NCBI GenBank assembly: GCA_037200005.1
Contig: JBBCGY010000001.1
Coordinates: forward strand, 42,416-106,415
Direction of reading: 5' to 3'
Length of the DNA: 64,000 bases
DNA from: Alphaproteobacteria bacterium
GTDB taxonomy: Bacteria; Pseudomonadota; Alphaproteobacteria; UBA9219; RFNS01
A model generated the notes under the pieces. That model was not told the DNA's origin, ran no database searches, and saw only the letters and a program-made list of their open reading frames with translations. Positions within the stretch are counted from its first letter, which is position 1. Every line of letters starts with the position of its first letter. Below, piece by piece: positions 17,801-25,843 of this stretch. The position numbers were made by a program, and so were the translations under genes.

Positions 17801-20202
17801 CGTATGACGTGACCGACCGGATGGGTCTGGTGAAGCGTTTCGGCTACGACAATCTCGACCGGGTAACGCGGGTGGATTACGCCCCCGGCACGGCGGGCAC
17901 GACCTATGAGACGAACACCTATACCAACCTCGACCTGACATCGCACCGCGACCGGCTTGGCCGGGTTAGCACCGATGTTTACACGGCGAACCGGCAGCTG
18001 TGGCTGAGCTTCAATGCTTCGGGAACGCGGCGGGGCTTCACCTATTACCCGAACGGCGCGCTACAAGGCTACTACGACGAGAACGACCATCCTACAATCT
18101 ACGGCATCGACGGCCAGGGACGCGCCAACGCCGTCGTCTATCCCAATGGCAACCAGACGAATTACTACTACGATGATGGCGGGCGGATGCGCACCATTGT
18201 CGATCTCGACGGCTCGAACCAGCGCTGGCGGAACATTAAATATAACGTCGATAATAGCGTCCATATCCGCGACTATACCAACCCGGCAAATCCGTCCGAT
18301 CCCGTGGTTCTGGCGACGACAACCGCGACCTTCACCTACGATCCATGGTTCCCCGGACAAATGACTTCAATGGCCGATGCCAGCGGAACGACCAACTATA
18401 CATACAAAACCGTAGGCACCGTCGGCGCCTTACAACTCGCGACCGAAAATCCGCCGACGGTAAGCGGCGACGCGGATAAAATCACCTACACCTATGACCA
18501 GAAGGGACGGCTCGCCTCGCGCCAGATCGGTATCGGCACGGCGAGCGTGCTGCCGCAGGAAAGCTGGGTGCGCGACACCTATGGCCGCATTAACAGGCAC
18601 ATCATTCCCGACGGCAACCTGTTCTATTACGACTTCAACGGCGCGAGCAATCAGGTGACAATGCGCGCGTTTCGCAATCAGGCGCTGACGGAGATCGACC
18701 CGCTGAATACGCGCACGATGATGAGCTACGACACGGCGGCGAACGACTCGCGGCTGCTGACGATCAACAACCCGCCCTACGACAACAGCGCGCCCGGCGC
18801 GCGGGACTTCACCCTCAATTGGGGATCGTCGCCCGCCAATCCGTACGTTCCGGCGACGATCACCGACTCCGCTGGAGGCCCCGGCGGGGCGTGGGGACAG
18901 CGGGTGTGGACGATGGGCTATGACGCGCGCGACCGGCTGACCTCGGCGGTCGCCGCCGACCGCAGCTATTCGTTTACCCTGGACGCGCCGGGCAACGCGA
19001 CGAGCTTCACCAGCACGCACTATCCGAGCGGCGGGCTGTATAGCTTTAACTCGACCTACAACACGTCGAACCAGATGACGGTGGCGAACGGCAACGCGCT
19101 GATCTACGACCCCTACGGCAACCTCGTCACCCACACGAACTACCGCAGCTTCAAGTACGACGCCGAGAACCGCCTGATCGAGGTCGACTTCCCCGCCGCG
19201 CCCGCCGACAAGGTTGAGATGCAATATGACGGTCTTGGTCGCCGCACGCAGATCAAATCCACCATCGGCGGCGTCGTCACGACGCGGAACCTGCAATGGT
19301 GCGCCCAGACGACCTCGCCGCCGTTCCAGGGCGCGGCGGAAGAGATATGCGTCGAGCGCGACGCATCGGGCGGCATGCAGCGCATGGTCTATCCCGAGGG
19401 CGAATATCGCGCCAACGGCGGCCGGTACTTTTATGAACGCGACCAGACCGGCAACATCCGCGACGTGATGAAGATGGCGGCGGGATTGACGACCGCCGCG
19501 CGCGATAGCTCCTTCAACTACACGCCTTATGGCGGCGTCGACGGCAAAGACGGCACTGCCGAGCCGCTGCAGCAGTTCGCGGGACTGCTGTATGAGAAGA
19601 ACAGCAACCTGTTCCTCTCCCGCACCCGCGCCTATGCCCCATGGATCGGCAGATGGCTCCAGCGCGATCCGATTGGGCAGAATGGGGGGAGTAATGTTTA
19701 TGAGTATGCGGGGGCGAGTCCGATTAACAAGATTGATCCGAGCGGGTTGCAGGGGGTGCGACCTGGGTTAATAGAAACGATGCGACCTACAATAGGAGTG
19801 CCACCAGCAGCGGGGATCAACGAGGGGGCAGGAAATTACGCCGATTATCTTCAAGAAAATGGAGAAATGATGGGTGATCTAGCCACCCTTTATAGGGCCA
19901 CTAGCGCGGCGGTTGCCGGTGCGAGCAACCAATCAATGCGAGAGGATATTGAAAAAGCAAAAGTATGCACATCGTTTGGAAACAGCATGTCGGCGGATCA
20001 GCCGTTATGGTGCGGGCCTGGCGGATGCGCGGATAGCGTCAGGCAGCAGTGGCTGGATGCGACCGGCGGCTTAGTGTATCCACAAATCATCGAGTCTTTC
20101 AAAAAGAGGTTTGAACCGGCTCCCTCGCGGCTTGTGTCGACGCCGATGCGTGGCAATGACTTCGGTAATTCGGTTTTATTCCCTAATGTGGGCCCAGGTT
20201 AG
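14821..20202 (+). CDS. Rhs-family polymorphic toxin (1793 aa): N-terminal HAF repeats, RHS/YD repeats, RHS core, DPxGL cleavage motif, ~150-aa C-terminal toxin domain
   Basis: Repeated NxxGQ(V/I)VG and HAF motifs in the first ~350 aa. Many YDxxGR(L/R) repeats. RHS core YFYERDQTGNIRDVM. IDPSGLQ (PxxxxDPxGL) at ~19740, followed by a unique tail. A lipobox-like VVAC lies near the N-terminus. Confidence 0.9.
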   Translation: MVAPAKKFHEANGELTNEAGATRPPLSRNSLWRTLRPGISVGVSLAAVVACESGEPNASNDNIVSISQAIGSATIYSLPTNVLMPNAINNQNLIVGQGLPSIYDANTGTFSSLEVNQPSGAVTSYAISNAGHVVGNSFNVGPVSNSAFISQGGHLSDLYAGNNNGVTSVAYGVNNYGQVVGTMPVTVNDANNSPHPFTHAFSWQGSVTDLTPNYYGNSAAYGINDAGQIVGTIGTAGVKWQGGSSSTLPSGTSTPAMINNVGQIVGTYSSGGSSHAFLVQSGTLTDLGAIQGSTPVRINNKGQVTGGFYNTGAGQYYPSVWQNGVVVTIPTLSGIPAGWSITSINGINDSGTVVGQGTLSGSSRGFYLTSPQLLNYAIAGKPYDPKANGGEDSASTPTDDLCGTHGMCVPNAQLLSASLNLNDTPIGYQPPKGPPAYIRLTYNHRDSVAPSSTSSHVGPNWTLNVISYIQDDPASPGQSVTRNVAGGGIVDYTFEAGQFNTTTGAFGPEKQTGAILKRTPATGFSASASYELSFPDGAKQIFSYPDGSFNYPRRAFLTDIVDASGQGLHFGYNYLQGTFGAINCTPGCPQLQSVSDANFRATNFVYGDASNVLRVTRINDPFGRHADLAYDGSGRLSSITDVIGIQSSFTYDTTDPTFIKKLTTPYGDSNFVFGQDTATDRRWLTLSDAVGNTEKVEYRGSSASGIAACDKNTSDASCSVSTSVPTGMPNGINNADLDKRNTFVWNKWMYANGYGSDYTQANVTHWLKDGAGNPVGIPESVKPLYESRIWYNYPGQNDPSTPGTLSVPRATGRVITDPLYGQAPQNQVYQSQYNSLGKPTLTVDPYKVSGNNNEGRTTRMTYDASGVDLLTVEQKTGSGTPGTWATIASYVYTDPTEQPTSIHKPIRYTDAAGQTYKFKYNGDGQLIYAANPYNDTTYNEYHPSGKLLRTTMPVPSVNWNTIDYGTDINGAPTGASNSSALRDTAITYDSADRPYDVTDRMGLVKRFGYDNLDRVTRVDYAPGTAGTTYETNTYTNLDLTSHRDRLGRVSTDVYTANRQLWLSFNASGTRRGFTYYPNGALQGYYDENDHPTIYGIDGQGRANAVVYPNGNQTNYYYDDGGRMRTIVDLDGSNQRWRNIKYNVDNSVHIRDYTNPANPSDPVVLATTTATFTYDPWFPGQMTSMADASGTTNYTYKTVGTVGALQLATENPPTVSGDADKITYTYDQKGRLASRQIGIGTASVLPQESWVRDTYGRINRHIIPDGNLFYYDFNGASNQVTMRAFRNQALTEIDPLNTRTMMSYDTAANDSRLLTINNPPYDNSAPGARDFTLNWGSSPANPYVPATITDSAGGPGGAWGQRVWTMGYDARDRLTSAVAADRSYSFTLDAPGNATSFTSTHYPSGGLYSFNSTYNTSNQMTVANGNALIYDPYGNLVTHTNYRSFKYDAENRLIEVDFPAAPADKVEMQYDGLGRRTQIKSTIGGVVTTRNLQWCAQTTSPPFQGAAEEICVERDASGGMQRMVYPEGEYRANGGRYFYERDQTGNIRDVMKMAAGLTTAARDSSFNYTPYGGVDGKDGTAEPLQQFAGLLYEKNSNLFLSRTRAYAPWIGRWLQRDPIGQNGGSNVYEYAGASPINKIDPSGLQGVRPGLIETMRPTIGVPPAAGINEGAGNYADYLQENGEMMGDLATLYRATSAAVAGASNQSMREDIEKAKVCTSFGNSMSADQPLWCGPGGCADSVRQQWLDATGGLVYPQIIESFKKRFEPAPSRLVSTPMRGNDFGNSVLFPNVGPG
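18996..19750. repeat. direct repeat copy 1 (~755 bp, ~98% identical to 21505-22258): rhs core-end segment
   Basis: Near-identical nucleotide and protein sequence (GNATSFTSTHYPSGGLYSF...PINKIDPSGL) in both copies. The antisense ORF-track entries are duplicated too (19140-19385 = 21651-21896). Confidence 0.85.
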
Positions 20203-20207
20203 TCCTA

Positions 20208-21478
20208 TGAAAAAGTTTACTCTATTGCTTGTCGCGCTTTGTAGTCTGACAATGTTACCGGCTCATGCCGCTGACCAAGACTCCAAACCACCCGTCATTG
20301 ATATTCCTGCCACGCGAAAAGAGGCGGAGTCTGGAGATGCTCGGGCTCAATATAATCTGGGCATAGCTTATCTCAACGGTTACGGGGTGAAGAAAAATAA
20401 AGATGAAGCTATTGAATGGATTTACAAAGCAGGGAAGAACAATGATGCCCTCGCAATATATTTCTTGGGCAGCGCATATCATGATGGCGACCTTTTGCCA
20501 CAAGACTACGCCAAGGCTATGAAGTGGTATCACAGGTCCGATGAATTATACGGCAGTCCCCTTGCGCAGAATATGCTTGGCGTGATGCACGAAAACGGTC
20601 AGGGGGCTCCACAGAATTATGAAGAAGCGGCTAGGTGGTATCGCAAAGCTGCCGAGAATATTTACGCACCGGCTCAATCCCATCTTGGATTCCTATACTA
20701 CGCTGGACGCGGCGTTCCTAAGGACGATCAAAAGGCTCTATATTGGCTTAAGAAAGCAGCCATACAAAACGATGCGCCAGCAAAGCTTATGCTAGGCATT
20801 ATGCACTATAAAGGCGAAGGAGTGGAAAAGAATTACGTTAAAGCTGTCAGCTATTTTCGCGAAGCCGCAGACGTCGGAATATCGATAGCTGAACGATATT
20901 TGGGAAATATGTATTACCACGGCGAAGGCGTTTCCAAGGATGAAGCCCAGGCTGTGTCTTGGTGGCGCAAAGCCGCCGAACAAGGGGATAGGGAGTCGGA
21001 AAAGATCATAGGTGGTATGTACTATTATGGCACAGGAGTGTCGAAGGATTTTTCCCAAGCCGTTTTATGGTGGCAAAAAGCTGCGGAAAAGGGTGATGTC
21101 GATGCTCAATGCAACTTGGCGAAAGCTTACTATCATGGAGAAGGTATAGGAAAAGATGAAACTCAAGCTGTGTTATGGTGGCGGAGGGCCGCGGCACAAG
21201 GACATGGAGAATCCCTCCTTTATTTAGGACAAGCGTATTTTAGTAGCATAGGCGTATCGCAAGATGATGTGCAGGCTTATATATGGCTAAGCTTGGCGGC
21301 TACAAGAAATCAGTCGTCAGCGGTTGCAACACTCACGGAACTCGAAAAGTCCATGACGCCGGAACAAATCGCTGAAGCCAGAAAACGCGTGGCAGAATGG
21401 AAACCCAAGCCTGAGCCAAAGCCTGCCCCAATAGGGCCAATACCCGAAATTCTAAAAGAAGTCCGTGAAGATTTATGA
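20208..21478 (+). CDS. Sel1-repeat protein with signal peptide (candidate periplasmic immunity protein for Rhs-CT1)
   Basis: Signal peptide MKKFTLLLVALCSLTMLPAHA. At least 9 Sel1 repeats (AQYNLGIAYLNGYGVKKNKDEAIEWIYKAG...). Sits immediately downstream of the rhs toxin tip. GC ~45% versus ~62% for the rhs body. Confidence 0.8.
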
Positions 21479-22668
21479 TCTCGACTTCGAGGATGCATTT
21501 GGGCAATGCGACGAGCTTCACCAGCACGCACTATCCGAGCGGCGGGCTGTATAGCTTTAACTCGACCTACAACACGTCGAACCAGATGACGGTGGCGAAC
21601 GGCAACGCGCTGATCTACGACCCCTACGGCAACCTCGTCACCCACACGAACTACCGCAGCTTCAAGTACGACGCCGAGAATCGCCTGATCGAGGTCGACT
21701 TCCCCGCCGCGCCCGCCGACAAGGTTGAGATGCAATATGACGGTCTTGGCCGCCGCACGCAGATCAAATCCACCATCGGGGGCGTCGTCACGACGCGGAA
21801 TCTGCAATGGTGCGCCCAGACGACCTCGCCGCCGTTCCAGGGCGCGGCGGAAGAGATATGCGTCGAGCGCGACGCATCGGGCGGCATGCAGCGCATGGTC
21901 TATCCCGAGGGCGAATATCGCGCCAACGGCGACCGGTACTTTTATGAACGCGACCAGACCGGCAACATCCGCGACGTGATGAAGATGGCGGCGGGATTGA
22001 CGACCGCCGCGCGCGACAGCTCCTTCAACTACACGCCTTATGGCGGCGTCGACGGCAGAGACGGCACCGCCGAGCCGCTGCAGCAGTTCGCGGGACTGCT
22101 GTATGAGAAGAACAGCAACCTGTTCCTCTCCCGCACCCGCGCCTACGCCCCATGGATCGGCAGATGGCTCCAGCGCGATCCGATTGGGCAGAATGGCGGC
22201 GCGAATGTTTATGAATATGCGGGGGCGAGTCCGATTAACAAGATTGATCCGAGCGGGCTTCAAAGCATCCAGAATGCGGATGACTGGATAAAACAGAGAA
22301 ATGCCCCTGCTCAGCCGTCAAATAGTATTTGGAGTGAGATCCTAGATAAAATCAGAGAACCTGTGTCTAGAAATGAAGCCATTAGTGAGATTACAAATTT
22401 CCGTCAATCTGGAGAGGCCCAAACTGAAGCACAGATAGCTAGAATGCTCATGGGTTTACCCGTCGAACCTGATTTTTCTGTTGCTATAGGAGGGGCTGAA
22501 GGTGAGCAAGATCTTGGCAGAGCGATTATGTCGGTAGCGCGCGAGATTTTGCGCCGCCCTGCGGAGCAGTCGTGCCCAATAGTTCAGAGAAAAGTCTTCG
22601 GTCAATCCTTGCCACCAAGTGATTTTGGTGACAAGAATCTCCCACTGCCATCTATATTAACCCTTTAA
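21475..22668 (+). CDS. orphan rhs C-terminal cassette: duplicated core-end plus an alternative 136-aa CT toxin domain
   Basis: The first 260 aa match Rhs residues ~1390-1650, including DPSGLQ. A different tail follows. Its start overlaps the Sel1 gene stop (ATGA), and it lacks the N-terminal 1400 aa. Confidence 0.8.
   Translation: MISTSRMHLGNATSFTSTHYPSGGLYSFNSTYNTSNQMTVANGNALIYDPYGNLVTHTNYRSFKYDAENRLIEVDFPAAPADKVEMQYDGLGRRTQIKSTIGGVVTTRNLQWCAQTTSPPFQGAAEEICVERDASGGMQRMVYPEGEYRANGDRYFYERDQTGNIRDVMKMAAGLTTAARDSSFNYTPYGGVDGRDGTAEPLQQFAGLLYEKNSNLFLSRTRAYAPWIGRWLQRDPIGQNGGANVYEYAGASPINKIDPSGLQSIQNADDWIKQRNAPAQPSNSIWSEILDKIREPVSRNEAISEITNFRQSGEAQTEAQIARMLMGLPVEPDFSVAIGGAEGEQDLGRAIMSVAREILRRPAEQSCPIVQRKVFGQSLPPSDFGDKNLPLPSILTL
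21505..22258. repeat. direct repeat copy 2 of the rhs core-end segment
   Basis: See copy 1. The offset between copies is 2509 bp. Confidence 0.85.
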
Positions 22669-22700
22669 AGAATATGAGTGGAATTGAGGGAGTTAATGCA

Positions 22701-23489
22701 ATGAAGAAGATAATTATTATTACGGCATTTGCTTTGATGGTCGCATCAGTTCAAGCTTATGCTGCCGTCCAGGATGAAAAAGCCGACAGTTTGTTAGGGC
22801 ATCGCCTGTCCGAACAATTACGGAAAACAGAAGCGCAGACAACTCTTGCTGCGGGAAAAGAGCTATTTAAAACAGGCGAAGGTCTTTCTAAGGATAATGT
22901 CGATGCAGTAAAGCTATTTCGCGTAGCTGCCAATCTTGGCTCGATGGAGGCACAAACAATTCTCGGCGCTGCATACCTTAGTGGCGATGGAGTGCAAAAA
23001 GATATTCCTGAAGCTTTAAAATGGATACAAAAATCTGCCGCCCAAGGAGACGCCAAGGCTCAACATTTATTGGGTGTATTGTATCATGAAGGATCAGACG
23101 TAAAAAAAGACAATGTGAAATCGTTAAAATGGATACGGAAAGCAGCGGAGCAAGGTTTGCCATCGGCACAATTTAGTCTTGGCACTATGCTTTCTAAAGG
23201 ATATGGAACACACCGAGATGAAACTTCAGCGATGGAATGGTTTCATAAATCCGCAAACCAAGGCTATGCTAAGGCCCAAATTATGCTCGGAATTGCATAT
23301 CACCTAGGTAAAGATATATCTAAAGACGATATTCTAGCTGATCAATGGCTGATATTGGCCGGGGAAAAAGAGGCACGTGATGATTTGGAAAAATCCATGA
23401 CCCCCGAACAAATCGCCGAAGCTATAAACCGCGCGGCGGAATGGAAGCCGAAACCACCAACCAAGCCCGATCCTGAATCCAAACCGTAG
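22701..23489 (+). CDS. Sel1-repeat protein with signal peptide (candidate immunity for orphan CT2)
   Basis: RBS GAGGGAG. Signal peptide MKKIIIITAFALMVASVQAYA. About 5 Sel1 repeats. The C-terminal KSMTPEQIAEA...EWKPKP tail is shared with the first Sel1 protein. Confidence 0.8.
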   Translation: MKKIIIITAFALMVASVQAYAAVQDEKADSLLGHRLSEQLRKTEAQTTLAAGKELFKTGEGLSKDNVDAVKLFRVAANLGSMEAQTILGAAYLSGDGVQKDIPEALKWIQKSAAQGDAKAQHLLGVLYHEGSDVKKDNVKSLKWIRKAAEQGLPSAQFSLGTMLSKGYGTHRDETSAMEWFHKSANQGYAKAQIMLGIAYHLGKDISKDDILADQWLILAGEKEARDDLEKSMTPEQIAEAINRAAEWKPKPPTKPDPESKP

Positions 23490-23513
23490 CGTCTAATTTC
23501 AAGGCAAGAAGCG

Positions 23514-23882
23514 ATGAAATTTATCCGATTTTATGTCGTTGCATCTCTTGTTCTTGGAGTTTTGCAGATTGCTGACGGCATCGTTCTTGTTTCGTATGGC
23601 ACAATAGCAATTAGTAATATTTTCTCTTTGCTCGAAGCTATATGGGTTGTTGTCTCGATGATAGCGCTTTGGTTTTTCATAAAAAGCAAATTTCCAATAT
23701 TCATTCCGACGACATATATTTTATACAATGTTGCTGGCTGGGGATACGGGGCCTATTTGTTTTCACAATTGCAAAATTCTGACCAAATAATCGACGTTCC
23801 TCTTTGGTTTAAAATTGCGGGTATTTGTTTTGGCATCTATTTTGCCTGCGTAAATTTCATATTGTATAAACGAAAACTGTGA
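23514..23882 (+). CDS. small 4-TM membrane protein (122 aa), possible orphan immunity protein
   Basis: Four hydrophobic helices. Very AT-rich. It is the last gene of the rhs immunity array. Confidence 0.5.
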   Translation: MKFIRFYVVASLVLGVLQIADGIVLVSYGTIAISNIFSLLEAIWVVVSMIALWFFIKSKFPIFIPTTYILYNVAGWGYGAYLFSQLQNSDQIIDVPLWFKIAGICFGIYFACVNFILYKRKL

Positions 23883-23999
23883 ATCATCTTCCAGCAAGCT
23901 GGGTAGCGCACTGACTTTGGCGATGAAACTAAATTGATTGATTGCCCCATGCTGGCATTAAATTGTATATTCTGAGGTACATTTTAGGGCGGCATATTT

Positions 24000-25298
24000 A
24001 TGAATCAGGCATTTAACTCCGATCCCTATAAGCGCCTGCCCGGCGGCATCCGGGCGGCGGTTTTGCCGATGCAGGGGGCCGACCTTGTGCATCAAGCCAC
24101 GCTCGGCGCGGCGCTTGAGCATATCATCGGTCATGAGGCTGCGGTTCATGAAGCGGCTTTCCAAAGCCAGCATTTTCACAAGATTTTGAAGGCAAGCGAG
24201 AAAGGCGAAATCAACGTCCTTTTTCTTATGGCCGCGATGCATACATGTTTGCCGAAATTGGCGGGCGCGGCGATTGAACTTCCGACCGTCATTACGAAAT
24301 GGCAAGGCAACGAGTTTAAGCACTATCCCGCCATCTATGGCGAAGATACATGCGTTCTGCCGGAATTCTCCAAAACCTTCCGCGAAAAGACGGCGGGCGC
24401 GCTTTATCCTAATGGCCTGGGCCTTGGCACATGGTTCGCCAAAGAACGGATCGAAGGATCGGTATCGGGCCGCTCTGGGTTCGCGCCTCTCGGCATGGTG
24501 TCCCAAGGCCGTGTTTGTGAATATTCCGGGCATAACGGGCCGATGATTGGACTCTTGAACAAATTCGGTGCAACGACTGCGCCGGACGCGAGCGCAGTCC
24601 TCGAACTCGACGGCCTCACTCCCACGATGAAAAGCCGCTGGCAAGTGCCGGTCGATACTGAAGCCTTGGCCGATCAGAACGGCAAGCCCCTCGACAATAT
24701 TTTCGTAACGAGATGGTCAGGCGAAAGCGGCAAGCAACAAATCGCCGCAAGCTTTACGAAAACCATCTCCACCTTTACCGGCGATCCTATTGTGCGCGTT
24801 CAGCTAACGAGCAACGGCAATCTTCCGAATGGCGATATGCTGCAAAATGTACTATCTTCACTGCTGGCTGCCGGTCACGACGAAATCCGCGAGCGGAAAT
24901 GGGCCATAGCAGGCGAATTAAAAAGTGTTGCTAGCAACCGAAGCCCGATCATCCCGCTCCTTGCTTCCCGGCAGCAGCAAATGGCTGCGCTTCTGTCCGC
25001 AGGGCGAGATGAAATTCTATCCCGGCGTATCGGCATGGATGATTTAAGCCATATTTTCGGCGGCGCGGTTCCGACAATGCGGATTCATGCGCTCAGGAAG
25101 CCGGAAATAGTCGCGGCCTTGAAAGACTTAGGTGCACAACCCCGTATTCTCGGCCCCCACGTCATGCTGCCCGCGATTATGGACTTCGCCAATATGCCGC
25201 AGGAGGCGCTTAATTTCGATCTGCCCCCGGCGAGGCCGCTGAATACGGTCAATCATAGAGGCGCAACCAGCACGCCGCTTTTCTCTCTGGCGGCATAA
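24000..25298 (+). CDS. uncharacterized conserved protein (432 aa), paralogue of 11773-12903 with an internal duplication/insert
   Basis: About 55% identity to the 376-aa protein over the shared core (HYPAIYGEDTCVLPEF...YPNGLGLG...GMVSQGRVCEYSG). Two similar segments (LLAAGHDEIRERKWA / LLSAGRDEILSRRIG) indicate an internal repeat. Confidence 0.6.
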   Translation: MNQAFNSDPYKRLPGGIRAAVLPMQGADLVHQATLGAALEHIIGHEAAVHEAAFQSQHFHKILKASEKGEINVLFLMAAMHTCLPKLAGAAIELPTVITKWQGNEFKHYPAIYGEDTCVLPEFSKTFREKTAGALYPNGLGLGTWFAKERIEGSVSGRSGFAPLGMVSQGRVCEYSGHNGPMIGLLNKFGATTAPDASAVLELDGLTPTMKSRWQVPVDTEALADQNGKPLDNIFVTRWSGESGKQQIAASFTKTISTFTGDPIVRVQLTSNGNLPNGDMLQNVLSSLLAAGHDEIRERKWAIAGELKSVASNRSPIIPLLASRQQQMAALLSAGRDEILSRRIGMDDLSHIFGGAVPTMRIHALRKPEIVAALKDLGAQPRILGPHVMLPAIMDFANMPQEALNFDLPPARPLNTVNHRGATSTPLFSLAA

Positions 25299-25526
25299 CC
25301 ACCTCTTGATCTAAATTCCAACAATAGATCGACTTTCCGCGAGGGCGCGGAAAGCGGTTCCCGCCGCCGTTCTGCCGCGTAAAGAACGCGGCGCGGTGGC
25401 TCGCTACGCGCTGCGCCGACAAGAGCGGCTTACGCTTTCGCGCCCCCAAGCGGGCGCATTTGCTTACCGGCATGAGTGAGCGCGGCCAGCACCACTCTCT
25501 ATTTCCAACCGCCTTTTTCTAACCCC

Positions 25527-25553
25527 CTCTTTCGCCGAAAGAGGGTTTTTTCA
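25527..25553 (+). terminator. Rho-independent terminator (ccctcttt-cgccg-aaagaggg + TTTTTT)
   Basis: Perfect 8-bp GC-rich stem, 5-nt loop and a T6 tail. It sits at the 3' end of a ~230-nt GC-rich non-coding stretch. Confidence 0.65.
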
Positions 25554-25584
25554 TTTCAACCACAGCATAACAAGGGAGGAAGAT

Positions 25585-25776
25585 ATGAGCCAGGAAGCAT
25601 ATCGCGTGAAAGAATTCTGCAACCGCTACGCCATTTCAAAAGCCAGCTTCTACCGGGAAACAGCGGCGAAGCGGCTGCATATCCTAAAACGTGGCCGTAC
25701 AACGCTCGTTGCCCGCACCGAAGCCGAACGCTGGTTTGAAAGCCTTGGCCAAGGCCAGCCGCAGCAATCAGCCTGA
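25585..25776 (+). CDS. AlpA/Xis-like phage-type transcriptional regulator (63 aa)
   Basis: RBS AAGGGAGGAAG. AlpA-like HTH (FCNRYAISKASFYRETAAKRLHILKRGRTTLVARTEAERW). Immediately upstream of the integrase. Confidence 0.7.
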   Translation: MSQEAYRVKEFCNRYAISKASFYRETAAKRLHILKRGRTTLVARTEAERWFESLGQGQPQQSA

Positions 25777-25843
25777 TCGCATTCAATATCCCGAATATTT
25801 CCAAAGCCATTTTTCGTCAATCTTATTCTCATGGAGGCATGTC

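Noticed and set aside
18430-19296. Long antisense ORFs inside rhs (for example 18430-19296 minus, 288 aa; 21310-22263 minus, 317 aa; 16804-17316 minus)
   Set aside because: They are Arg/Ala/Gly-rich, lie opposite a strongly supported 5.4-kb coding frame, and the same 'proteins' recur in the duplicated segment. These are typical high-GC antisense artefacts.
23958-24644. 228-aa minus-strand ORF overlapping the start of paralogue B
   Set aside because: Arg-rich antisense frame. The plus-strand gene is supported by paralogy with 11773-12903.
25691-25843. N-terminal extension of the integrase ORF overlapping alpA
   Set aside because: The extension overlaps the AlpA-like gene. The conserved integrase N-terminus begins at MRHTGHIRQ (25844).
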